From NCBI GenBank assembly GCA_016861085.1, contig BOKR01000001.1, forward strand, positions 991,298 through 1,055,297: a DNA stretch of 64,000 nt. The letters run 5' to 3'. The position numbers were made by a program, and so were the translations under genes. This DNA comes from Patescibacteria group bacterium (lineage in GTDB: Bacteria > Patescibacteriota > Microgenomatia > UBA1400 > PJMF01). This document shows positions 52,478 through 61,635 of the stretch, in pieces (within the stretch, counting starts at the first letter, position 1; every line of letters begins with the position of its first letter). Below the pieces are notes generated by a model. It searched no databases and was not told where the DNA came from. It saw nothing but the letters and a program-made list of their open reading frames with translations.

Positions 52478-53254
52478 TTATTTTTTTGAAATAGGCAAAT
52501 CGCGTCTATCTCTCTGAATTTTAACGCTGTCTCTTTTATCTAAAGTAAAATGGGCAACAAAAAGCTTTACTTTCTCTCTTAGTTTTTCAGGCACTATCTG
52601 CAAAGCACTACTGTAAACCATGTCTTGCATTGCTTTGATTTCTTTCTGGGAACCTTTTTCGCAATTTAGTTTTTCAGGAACTCCAACTCCATCATTATAA
52701 AAAGCACAGGCTCCACACCTACAATCATGGCCACCTGCATAAATTTGTTTGATTTGCTCTGAGTGATTAGCTAAATATCTGTAAATGGTTGATGATGCAG
52801 TTTTTCTTCCCAGGTTAACTTTTTTTCTTTCTCTTGTTGCCTCATCAACCTGAATAATGCCACCACCGTGAGAAATAAGAATTATTACTGTTCTACTCCC
52901 AAATTTTCTTTTAGCCTCTCTTGCAAGTTTCGTATACGTATCAACAGCCCCACGAGCATCCATGCACATATCAATAACAACAACTGGATTGTCACCAATT
53001 TTTTCTTTAAATTGTGTTTCAGTCATACCTTCTGGCACTGTTGTAACAGTATATTTATGGTCGCGTCCTCGACCTTTTCTTGGTTCATCAAAGATTGAAA
53101 CAGTTGGTTCTCCAGCATGACCCACGATACCGTAATCTCCGGCAAAAACTTTAAATGCTGCAGCAAAATCCTGAAATGAAACTTCTTTCTTTTGCAAAGA
53201 TTCCAAGCCAGCTCTACCACCAGCTTCTGTTATGATTGATCTTTTTAGTCCCAT
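52478..53254 (-). CDS. Beta-carbonic-anhydrase-like protein (paralog)
   Basis: DMCMDARG and GGHDCRCGA; SHGGGI aligns with VAAGI of the neighbour. Confidence 0.68.
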   Translation of the reverse strand: MGLKRSIITEAGGRAGLESLQKKEVSFQDFAAAFKVFAGDYGIVGHAGEPTVSIFDEPRKGRGRDHKYTVTTVPEGMTETQFKEKIGDNPVVVIDMCMDARGAVDTYTKLAREAKRKFGSRTVIILISHGGGIIQVDEATRERKKVNLGRKTASSTIYRYLANHSEQIKQIYAGGHDCRCGACAFYNDGVGVPEKLNCEKGSQKEIKAMQDMVYSSALQIVPEKLREKVKLFVAHFTLDKRDSVKIQRDRRDLPISKK

Positions 53255-53310
53255 ATAAACTCACTAATAAGAAGTATAAGAAAGCCAGGATTTTAGCACA
53301 AGTGACAAGT

Positions 53311-54033
53311 CTACTCAAATATAGGCGCGTTTCCGACCATCTCGACAACCGGCTCATTGGTTGAAACATCTACCGTATAGATTGGCTTTCCTTTACTGGA
53401 CCCTAATAACCCTAATGTTGCAGTTGTTTGTTTATCACTTGCCTCTACTAAAGCCTCGTATGAAACACTCTTGCCTTGCGCATTCAAGTACTCTACTAAT
53501 CTCTTGAGTAAATCTAGGTGTCTAACCTTATCGTAAATAAAGAATTGGACATCATTTTCCTGATCCCAAGGTTTAACAGTGTAATCAGTGCTTGTTACTA
53601 CCAAAATTGCTTCTTCTTTATGTTCTCTGTCTAAAATAACCAGCTCCATATTTTCACGATCATTTTGAGCTGACCGTACCAGATCTAATAACTCTTGCAC
53701 ATCTAAACCAGCAACACTATATTTTTCACCTTTACTAATAGCTGCATTGCAATGACCGCAACCAACAATAGTCCCATGGTGACCTTCGTGTGTATCTGTG
53801 TGCCAACAGTATGGATTTCCATCTTTGGTAACAAATTTATATACTAACTCAAATGCCTCTTCAGGGGAAAAACCAAGTTGCAGCAACGCCATTGAAATTC
53901 CCAAATGTGCCCCAGGCATTGCAATCGCTCCGACTGCCTCTTCTCCTCTGTATCCACCATCTACACATTTTGCATGGGTAGAATCTGCAGCTACTCTCAT
54001 TTTTTTTGCGTGGGCAATAATTTTGTCGTTCAT
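53311..54033 (-). CDS. Cadmium/zeta-type carbonic-anhydrase-like protein
   Basis: KCVDGG, AMPGA, WHTDTH...GCGH, HKEEAILV. Confidence 0.65.
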   Translation of the reverse strand: MNDKIIAHAKKMRVAADSTHAKCVDGGYRGEEAVGAIAMPGAHLGISMALLQLGFSPEEAFELVYKFVTKDGNPYCWHTDTHEGHHGTIVGCGHCNAAISKGEKYSVAGLDVQELLDLVRSAQNDRENMELVILDREHKEEAILVVTSTDYTVKPWDQENDVQFFIYDKVRHLDLLKRLVEYLNAQGKSVSYEALVEASDKQTTATLGLLGSSKGKPIYTVDVSTNEPVVEMVGNAPIFE

Positions 54034-54125
54034 ATTCTTTCTTTTCTGTCTTATTTTTACTTACTAAAAAACCTCGTCAGGCTGACGATTATAAACTAAA
54101 TCACACTTTTTTGGGAGAATGGTTT

Positions 54126-54740
54126 TTACTTTTCTGAAGATTCAAAACCCATTTTTTTCAAGATTGCAGCATTCTTTGCAGCAACATCTGAACCAAGCAC
54201 GCCTTCAGATTCAAAGACAATTTTTAAGTCGGTGCCACTCACTAAGCTTTTGTAAAATTCAACTTGTGACTTAATTACGCTTTGAGCCAATTTATAATCT
54301 ACTAAGTGAAGCCACTCAGCACTGATTACAAAACAACCTAAATTAAAAGTTTGCTCACCACCAGCTAAAGTAAAACAAATTTTGTTTGCAATATGAACAC
54401 CTCTTGGACGAACCATGTGAGCTTTAATTTCATGTGCAAGTTGTTTTGGATCGGTAAATGGGACAAATCCTGAATAGAGCAATTTCTCTCTATCAGCTAA
54501 AGCTTCAATGTGTTGTTGGGTGCTTGCAGTTACTTGCTCCCAATTGGAAAGTTCTAACTGTTGTTTCATCCAATCACATTCTTCTGAAGCAGCAATTCTA
54601 ATATCAGGGCCCAAGAGTGACTTTAATGCCGTAATAATCTCACTAAAGCCTTCAATTCTAAAACCAGAGCCAGCAAAACCGAGTCTCGTTCCTTCGTTTA
54701 CTTGAACACCTTCGTCTCCACAGGTTATTACGTATGACAT
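54126..54740 (-). CDS. Hypothetical protein with N-terminal CGDEG motif (possibly degenerate CA-like fold)
   Basis: 204-aa ORF, AAGGAG SD; ITCGDEG...FAGSG...SEEC. Confidence 0.6.
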   Translation of the reverse strand: MSYVITCGDEGVQVNEGTRLGFAGSGFRIEGFSEIITALKSLLGPDIRIAASEECDWMKQQLELSNWEQVTASTQQHIEALADREKLLYSGFVPFTDPKQLAHEIKAHMVRPRGVHIANKICFTLAGGEQTFNLGCFVISAEWLHLVDYKLAQSVIKSQVEFYKSLVSGTDLKIVFESEGVLGSDVAAKNAAILKKMGFESSEK

Positions 54741-54861
54741 ATGTCTCCTTTGCCTACTAAAAAATGCTTCATCAGCAATTTTTGGGTAAACTAAGGGTAT
54801 TATACCATAAAACGAGTAAAAAAGCTTGGTTTGTTGCGATGTTTGAGAACAAAAGTATACA

Positions 54862-54889
54862 AAAAGACCTCGAGTAACCGAGGTCTTTT
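54862..54889. terminator. Intrinsic terminator hairpin
   Basis: AAAAGACCTCG-AGTAAC-CGAGGTCTTTT. Confidence 0.85.
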
Positions 54890-54909
54890 CAAATTATAAC
54901 TTTTTGTGG

Positions 54910-55086
54910 TTACTCCTCATCAGATTCATCATCTTCTGAGACCATGTTTTGAATTGCTTCTAAGTAATTGTTCATGTCTTGTTCGACTTTTTCCCAATCA
55001 CCATTAGCTTCACGGATCGCGTTGAAGAGTAAATCCATATCAATCAAAAGTTGATCATCGGTTACGATCATTCGTTGTTTTGCCAT
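54910..55086 (-). CDS. Small acidic protein, 58 aa (not in ORF track)
   Basis: MAKQRMIVTDDQLLIDMDLLFNAIREANGDWEKVEQDMNNYLEAIQNMVSEDDESDEE; GAAAGG SD; lies between rpsA and the terminator. Confidence 0.75.
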   Translation of the reverse strand: MAKQRMIVTDDQLLIDMDLLFNAIREANGDWEKVEQDMNNYLEAIQNMVSEDDESDEE

Positions 55087-55114
55087 AAGTACCTTTCAGT
55101 ATAAATAGTATAGC

Positions 55115-56230
55115 TTATTTGTATCCAAGCGGAACTTCGGTTAAAACGAGACTCAGACTCATACGTCTTTGTTCAGGATCAACACTTTCAACGTTAACAG
55201 TGATGTGGTCGCCTTTTTTAAGGTTGTGACCTTCTTCAAGTTTACTTGAATGAATTAAACCATCAATACCTGTCTCAACGTTGACAAATACACCAAATGG
55301 CTCAACTCTAGAAACAACACCTTCAACTGTTGTGCCAACTTGATATTTATCTGCAATAACTTTCCATGGATCATCACTGAGCTGTTTAATAGAAAGGTTG
55401 AGTTTACCGGTTTTCTCATCAATACCAAGCACTCTTACTTTTAATCTATCACCAACTGCGTGGAACTCTTTTGGATGAGTCACTTTTTCCCATGAAATTT
55501 CTGAAATGTGAACTAAACCTTCAACGTGTCCAACTGAGTTTGAACCTTCGACAGGAACTTCTACAGTCACGAACAAACCAAAGTGCATCACGCCAGAGAC
55601 AACACCTTCATAGATTGCGCCAGTTTTGACACTATCAAGTGCTTCTTGTTTATTAGCAAGTTCTTCTGCCTCAGAAACGTGTCTTTCAGAAAAAATAAGT
55701 CTGTTTTTGTCTTTATCAACTTCAATGACACGAACTTTAATTGTTTCGCCTTTGAGTTTTGAAAACGTACCTACTAAATCTTTACCAAATTGGCTTGAAG
55801 GCACAAAACCTCTGGTTCCGTTGACAGAAACGATTAACCCACCTTTGTTGACTTCTAAGCCTTTGGCTTCAAGAATTGTCTCTTTTTCGTATGCCTCAAT
55901 AAAGTAATCCCATCTTGAGTCTGTTGCAGCTTTTCGTAGTGAAAGCATCACTTGTCCTTGATCATTTTCTGTTGAAACAACAACAGCTTCAATCTTGTCA
56001 CCAACCTTGAGGTCGGTCACATAATCACTAGCAGATTCAAATTCTTTATCAGCAACAATACCTTCAGTTTTAGCACCAATATCGATAGTTAAGGACTTTT
56101 TACTAATTGCGGTAATCGTACCAACAACTGTTTCTCCTTTCCTAGGAATAACCATTTTACTTGTAGCAGAAGCTAAAAGCTCAGCCATGGTTTGTGGCTT
56201 TTTTGTTTTTGTATCTGTGTCAGATGCCAT
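55115..56230 (-). CDS. rpsA: 30S ribosomal protein S1 (four S1 domains)
   Basis: TMAELL, NKGGL, RGFVPSSQ, EGLVHISEISW, DGLIH; GAAAGGGG SD before MASDT. Confidence 0.9.
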   Translation of the reverse strand: MASDTDTKTKKPQTMAELLASATSKMVIPRKGETVVGTITAISKKSLTIDIGAKTEGIVADKEFESASDYVTDLKVGDKIEAVVVSTENDQGQVMLSLRKAATDSRWDYFIEAYEKETILEAKGLEVNKGGLIVSVNGTRGFVPSSQFGKDLVGTFSKLKGETIKVRVIEVDKDKNRLIFSERHVSEAEELANKQEALDSVKTGAIYEGVVSGVMHFGLFVTVEVPVEGSNSVGHVEGLVHISEISWEKVTHPKEFHAVGDRLKVRVLGIDEKTGKLNLSIKQLSDDPWKVIADKYQVGTTVEGVVSRVEPFGVFVNVETGIDGLIHSSKLEEGHNLKKGDHITVNVESVDPEQRRMSLSLVLTEVPLGYK

Positions 56231-56438
56231 AAACGTTATTTCCCCTTTCATGAGAGTGAGGCACAATTGTACCATAATTTCAAAAAAACTCGAGAGTAAA
56301 AATACGAATCAAAGGTTGCTAGGATCAAAGTATCCACGGGATCTTTTGTACCTGCAAAAATTTTTTGACAAAAATTGCTGGGTCAAAAATATGACGAAGT
56401 ATGATACTTTTGATTCTGTAGATAGAGAAAGTACAAAC

Positions 56439-57710
56439 ATGAAACTAAAACTTCCCCAAATCTCAGATATTAAGAACAAAACAGTCCTAGTACGTGTTGA
56501 CTTTAATGTCCCGCTTAAAAAAGATGATTCTGGAGTTCTAAAAGTTACAAATGATGAAAGAATCACAGCATCTCTTGAAACAATCAACTTTTTGCTCAAA
56601 CACGATGCGAAAGTAGTTTTAGCTTCACATTTAGGTAGACCAGAATCAGCAAGAGATGTGAAATATAGTCTGAGACCGGTAGCAGAATATATGAAAAGTG
56701 TGCTGGGATTACCAGTTGTTTTTTCCAATGAGTGTATTGGGAAGAATGCTCAAAAAGAAGTATTTCTTGCTAAAAAAGGCGAGATAGTACTCTTGGAAAA
56801 CATTCGTTTTCATAGTGGTGAACAAGAAAATGATGCGCAATTTGCAAAAGAGTTATCAAAGCTAGCTGATGTCTATATTAATGAGGCTTTTTCCACTTCA
56901 CATCGTGCTCATGCTTCTATTGTGGGAATCCCAAAGCACCTCCCTTCATTTGCTGGATTTGCACTTGAAAAAGAAGTGTCAACGTTTACTAAAATGACTG
57001 AGAAACCTGAAAGACCCCTCGTAATAATTTTGGGAGGTGCAAAAATCTCTGACAAGGTTGGAGCAATTGAACATTTGGCAAAAATTGCAGACATTGTGTT
57101 AGTTGGTGGCGCTGTTGCCAATAGTTTCCTAAAAGCCGAAGGTTTGGAGATTTATAAATCCTTTATTGAAGATGCACCTGCGGACTTAAAGAAAAAAAAT
57201 ATCAACTATACTGATGTTGCTTGCTCACTACTTGAAGAACATAAAACTGAAAAAATGCTCATGAATGGCTATATTCCACTACCAAAAATTGTCTACCCAA
57301 TTGATGTCGTTGCAGGACACTCACTTGAAGAAGCTGATCCTAAAAAAACTGAGGTCATTGATCTTACCAAAGAAAACGGACATCACGATAAAAACCTGTT
57401 ATACCTTGATATTGGTCCCAATACCGTCAAACTCTATCAAGAAATTATTTTGCATGCAAAAACGGTTTTTTGGAATGGTCCTATGGGAGTTTGGGAAAAT
57501 CCAGTTCTGGCCAACGGCAGTAAGAAAATTGCGGCTAGTGTGGCTCTGAGTAACGGTACTACTATAATAGGTGGTGGTGACACAATTGCTTGTGCTACCC
57601 ATTTTGGCCTGGACAAACAGTTTAGCTATGTTTCTGCTGCGGGAGGCGCTGCCCTTGATTTTTTAAGTGGCAAAAAGCTACCTGGGCTGGTTCCTTTAGA
57701 AGATAAATAA
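56439..57710 (+). CDS. pgk: Phosphoglycerate kinase
   Basis: VRVDFNVP, SHLGRP, LLENIRF, HRAHAS, GGAKISDK, WNGPMG, GGGDT; start moved to MKLKLP. Confidence 0.97.
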   Translation: MKLKLPQISDIKNKTVLVRVDFNVPLKKDDSGVLKVTNDERITASLETINFLLKHDAKVVLASHLGRPESARDVKYSLRPVAEYMKSVLGLPVVFSNECIGKNAQKEVFLAKKGEIVLLENIRFHSGEQENDAQFAKELSKLADVYINEAFSTSHRAHASIVGIPKHLPSFAGFALEKEVSTFTKMTEKPERPLVIILGGAKISDKVGAIEHLAKIADIVLVGGAVANSFLKAEGLEIYKSFIEDAPADLKKKNINYTDVACSLLEEHKTEKMLMNGYIPLPKIVYPIDVVAGHSLEEADPKKTEVIDLTKENGHHDKNLLYLDIGPNTVKLYQEIILHAKTVFWNGPMGVWENPVLANGSKKIAASVALSNGTTIIGGGDTIACATHFGLDKQFSYVSAAGGAALDFLSGKKLPGLVPLEDK

Positions 57711-57735
57711 GTGGAGTGTTATATAATTCCTCCAT

Positions 57736-58359
57736 ATGAAGCGGAGCATTAGACATTGTGAAACACTTACTTGCCACCAAAGTGACTTATTTTCCCCGAA
57801 AAGAACACCAGATCTTTCTCCGTACATTCCAGATAAAATCACTTTCGGTAATTCTGGATTTAGTGTTGGTTGGAATACTGTAGCAGAATTCCCTTTTCAC
57901 AAACTATGGAATTTAGACTTTACCCCAGAGCATAATCGTGACGGTAATATCGATGAAGAGAGAGCTGATCTATATAGAAACCTATTTTATTTTAACCTTG
58001 GACAGCTATTTGATTTTATACATACACTCAAACAAAAACATCGAACTATAGAAAAGCAATTTCCAGGAATACATTTTTTGGCGATTGCTGGAACAAATTA
58101 CCGATTTATGCGATTTCTTTGTAATCTCACAGGAAAATCAGAAAACAGTACAGTAATTTCACATTTTCGAATGGAAAGTAATCCAAAAATTAATTTTAGT
58201 AGTGACCAGCTAAAAAAAATGGCAGCAAAGTATTACTTTTTGATTAATTTGACTGAACTACAAAAATCAAATGCAGTAAAAAAGAAAATAAAAGCATCAA
58301 AACGAATCATAAAACAAGCTATAGCCAAGGGTGAGCAAATGTGCGAGGACTATTCATAG
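57736..58359 (+). CDS. Hypothetical protein
   Basis: 207-aa ORF with TATAAT 8 nt before ATG. Confidence 0.6.
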   Translation: MKRSIRHCETLTCHQSDLFSPKRTPDLSPYIPDKITFGNSGFSVGWNTVAEFPFHKLWNLDFTPEHNRDGNIDEERADLYRNLFYFNLGQLFDFIHTLKQKHRTIEKQFPGIHFLAIAGTNYRFMRFLCNLTGKSENSTVISHFRMESNPKINFSSDQLKKMAAKYYFLINLTELQKSNAVKKKIKASKRIIKQAIAKGEQMCEDYS

Positions 58360-58493
58360 TTTTTTGCTTTCATTTAGCACACATTTTTCCCTCAATTCCC
58401 TATTGACGCAGCCTTCAAAAGTCGAGTATTCTTAATCAAGGGAGTGTTTTCCCTGCTTGTTTTGTATCGAACAATAAAGTAATAAAAGTCAAA

Positions 58494-61313
58494 ATGATTA
58501 ATACGACAAATAACTCACAAACATCTACAAATACTGATTCATCAGCAAAAAACAATCCAGAAATTGTGAAGCTTTCTGAGTATATGCAAGACAAACCAGC
58601 TACAACTACAACGACTACAACTACAACCACACTGAGCTCAGATTCCGTAAAACCAAAAAAGAAACTAAGCCCTAAATTAATTATTGGGGCTGTGGTGCTT
58701 TTACTGATTATTATTGGTGCGGCTGCTGGTTACTATCTAACCCAGTACTCTCAAGATATTAGACAACAGGCATATGACCCATCAATTTGTGCTCCATTTG
58801 CGCCATTTGCTACTTGTGACTTAACTCCCTCAACTCCAGATAATCCTTGTACTGGCCAAATTGAAAACGTTAGCTGTATTCAAGGCTACACACAATGGCG
58901 TTGTGGCAACAAAAACTGGATTCCAAACTACGAAAATCCAAATGCTAACTGTGGTGGCTGTCCATGGGAGCTCACTAATGGCGAGTGTTGTCCTAAAGGC
59001 GTAGATGCTTGTAATCCAGATGTAGACGAGCACATGTGTGTTGCTGATCCATTTGTTTCAAAATGCGAGCCATGGAATAACTCAGCCTGCCCAGCAAACC
59101 AGCAAGGATATTGGCATGCAATTGCTTGGTGCAATACTCCAGGCTGTGAGTGTGGTCCAAATGGTTTATTTTCAGATTATACTGGTCCGGGATGTGAGTG
59201 TGGCGGTGGCGGTCAACAATGTAATGATCAGTGTGACACTAATGCAGAATGTCAGGCTACCAACCCTGCATGGTCTTGTGTAATGGCAAGTGATGGCTTC
59301 AAACGATGCCGTTTGACCTCTAACCCAACCTCACCAACCTGTGGTGGCGGTGGTGGTGGACTCAATTGTAATGATTCTTGTACAGTAGGAGGTACTCAAT
59401 GTCAGGCAGTTAACCCAGCTTGGTTCTGTGATCCTGCAAGTAGCAAGTGTAGATTGCAATCAAATCCTTCTAATACTTCTTGCCAGCCAGGAACTACCTA
59501 CCAATGTAATAGTGACTGTACAACAACTGCACAGTGTCAAGGTTCTTTAGGAAGCGCATACTCATGTGTCAGTAACAAATGTAGGCTAACCGCCAACCCA
59601 ACTTCATCTACCTGTCAACCTGCTACTCCATTGGTTTGTAACGACATCTGTACATCAAGTAGTCAATGTCCAACTGGGACACAATGTTTAGATACCTATA
59701 ACTTCAGTGCTGAATTCACTGATGTCTCTAATACTACTGCTAATGTTGGATCAGGTACTGTTACTGGTTTTGATTCATTCGTTAGAAACGGTATTGTTGA
59801 ACAATACTTTGTCCGTGGTGGTCAAATCTGGTATAGACCCAATGCCTCTGGCTCTGACCCATGGCAAAATGTTACCGCTAACGTTACCAACGTTGGATCA
59901 GGTACTATCACCTCATTTAGTGCCTTCGTAAATACCTCTGGTGCTGTTGAACAATGGTTAGTCAGAGGTGGTAAAATCTGGTACAGACCAAATATCAACT
60001 CCGGTACTCAATTCACTGATGTCACTGGCAATGTTACTAATGTCGGCTCTGGTACTATCATGGCCTACACTGTAGACAAGTATTCTCCAAACCATGGTAA
60101 TATTGTCTCTGCGTACTTAATCAGAGGTGGTAAAGTCTGGCATCATTCCAGTTCTAATTGGAGCTTATGGCAAGATGTCACCAGTGCTCTCAATAAAGGT
60201 ACCGGTGAAATCACTTCTCATGCCTTCTTCGTTCACACCAGTGGCTCTATCAGACACCACTATATCCGTGGTGGTGCAACCTGGTTCAGAGAAGCACCTC
60301 TCGCCGCTGAAGACAGATGTAGATTGCCTGCGTATCCAAATTCTGGTAGCTGCCAACCTCCAACTCCTACACCAACAAACACGCCTACCCCAACTCCTAC
60401 ACCGACACCGACGCCAACGTCGACCCCTACACCAACCCCAACTCCTACACCGACGCCAACGCCAACAGTGTACGTATGTAACTCAGTCTGTAATCCAAAC
60501 TTAATGCAGGATCCATGTAACGCAGCAAACCCATTATGGACTTGTGACGATGCAACAAGTAGATGTAGGTTGACTTCTAATCCGACTTCTACAACTTGTG
60601 ACGCCGCTGCTTTGACCTGTAATTCAGCTTGTAACCCAAGTGATAGTGGTACGGCAAAAGACCTTTGTACTGCAGCAAATGATAAATGGTACTGCTATCC
60701 AACAACGAGCACTTGTAGATTTAAAGAAAATCCAACCTCTACAACTTGTGCACCACCTGTTGGAGCAGTTGACTGTAATGAGGCGTGTACTTCGAACGCA
60801 CAATGTACTGCAACAAATGCAAATTACACCTGTGACACAACTTCAAACACCTGTAGATTGGCCTCTAACCCAACTTCTACAAGCTGTGAACCAATACCTC
60901 CAGCTTGTAACGAAGCTTGTGCTACAAATGCACAATGTAAGAGGACAAATGCAAATTATGTTTGTGATGAAACAACAGATACTTGTAGACTTGAGACAAA
61001 CCCAAGCTCCACAACTTGCCAACCACCTGCCAGTACCCCAACTCCTACACCAGCTGTTGGTTGTAATGAAGTCTGTGTGACCAATGCTGACTGTTCTAAT
61101 ACAAGTCATATCTGTGCAACAACAGAAGATGGTTCACTTAAATGTAGACTGTCAGGTAACCCAAGTTCGACTACGTGTACTTTACCAGGTGGAACCACAC
61201 AACCAACCCTTCCTCCAGCTCTGCCACAAACTGGACCTGAGGATTGGCTTAACTGGTTGAAAGCAGGTTTGATTACCCTAGGACTTGGTGCAACACTATT
61301 CTTCCTGCTTTAG
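58494..61313 (+). CDS. Cys-rich repeat surface protein with inserted 4-repeat beta domain, PT linker and C-terminal LPQTG + hydrophobic tail
   Basis: N-terminal TM; nine CNxxC...CRLxxNP...C modules; four xxRGGxxW repeats; LPQTG. Confidence 0.88.
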   Translation: MINTTNNSQTSTNTDSSAKNNPEIVKLSEYMQDKPATTTTTTTTTTLSSDSVKPKKKLSPKLIIGAVVLLLIIIGAAAGYYLTQYSQDIRQQAYDPSICAPFAPFATCDLTPSTPDNPCTGQIENVSCIQGYTQWRCGNKNWIPNYENPNANCGGCPWELTNGECCPKGVDACNPDVDEHMCVADPFVSKCEPWNNSACPANQQGYWHAIAWCNTPGCECGPNGLFSDYTGPGCECGGGGQQCNDQCDTNAECQATNPAWSCVMASDGFKRCRLTSNPTSPTCGGGGGGLNCNDSCTVGGTQCQAVNPAWFCDPASSKCRLQSNPSNTSCQPGTTYQCNSDCTTTAQCQGSLGSAYSCVSNKCRLTANPTSSTCQPATPLVCNDICTSSSQCPTGTQCLDTYNFSAEFTDVSNTTANVGSGTVTGFDSFVRNGIVEQYFVRGGQIWYRPNASGSDPWQNVTANVTNVGSGTITSFSAFVNTSGAVEQWLVRGGKIWYRPNINSGTQFTDVTGNVTNVGSGTIMAYTVDKYSPNHGNIVSAYLIRGGKVWHHSSSNWSLWQDVTSALNKGTGEITSHAFFVHTSGSIRHHYIRGGATWFREAPLAAEDRCRLPAYPNSGSCQPPTPTPTNTPTPTPTPTPTPTSTPTPTPTPTPTPTPTVYVCNSVCNPNLMQDPCNAANPLWTCDDATSRCRLTSNPTSTTCDAAALTCNSACNPSDSGTAKDLCTAANDKWYCYPTTSTCRFKENPTSTTCAPPVGAVDCNEACTSNAQCTATNANYTCDTTSNTCRLASNPTSTSCEPIPPACNEACATNAQCKRTNANYVCDETTDTCRLETNPSSTTCQPPASTPTPTPAVGCNEVCVTNADCSNTSHICATTEDGSLKCRLSGNPSSTTCTLPGGTTQPTLPPALPQTGPEDWLNWLKAGLITLGLGATLFFLL
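60357..60467 (+). repeat. Pro-Thr hexanucleotide-period repeat (coding linker)
   Basis: PPTPTPTNTPTPTPTPTPTPTSTPTPTPTPTPTPTPT. Confidence 0.85.
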
Positions 61314-61340
61314 TGAGAAGATCATTGAAAAGGATTATAA

Positions 61341-61368
61341 AAAAGCGCTCGGAAAACCGGGCGCTTTT
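61341..61368. terminator. Bidirectional intrinsic terminator
   Basis: AAAAGCGCTCGG-AAAA-CCGGGCGCTTTT between convergent genes. Confidence 0.85.
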
Positions 61369-61635
61369 AATTTCTATATCCTTTACTTCAAAGTGAGCCA
61401 AGTGGGTTTAGCATGGAACACCTTCTTGAGTTTTTCAAAAGACTAAAGGCCACCTTTGATGAACTAGGCATCGTACCCCCACTAGGGTTGCCCTCGAGGG
61501 GAGGTCTTGCACAAGCTCTTGTCCACTAGGCTTTTTGAGCCTACCCCAGAGCCCCTCTATGAGATTTACCCTTAAAGAGGCGACCTATGCCAGTGGAATA
61601 GATTGGCATGCACATTAACTATGTCTTTAGTAAAG

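Noticed and set aside
56187-56438. N-terminal extensions of pgk and rpsA as given in the track
   Set aside because: The extended ORFs overlap each other head-to-head; conserved sequence starts at 56439 and 56230.
59700-61200. CRISPR array or DGR template/variable repeats
   Set aside because: Repeats are degenerate, in-frame protein repeats; no constant repeat-spacer pattern, cas gene or reverse transcriptase seen in the window.
61480-61493. 14-nt match CACTAGGGTTGCCC shared with the 5S rRNA gene
   Set aside because: A single 14-mer match in 64 kb can arise by chance; flanks do not align.
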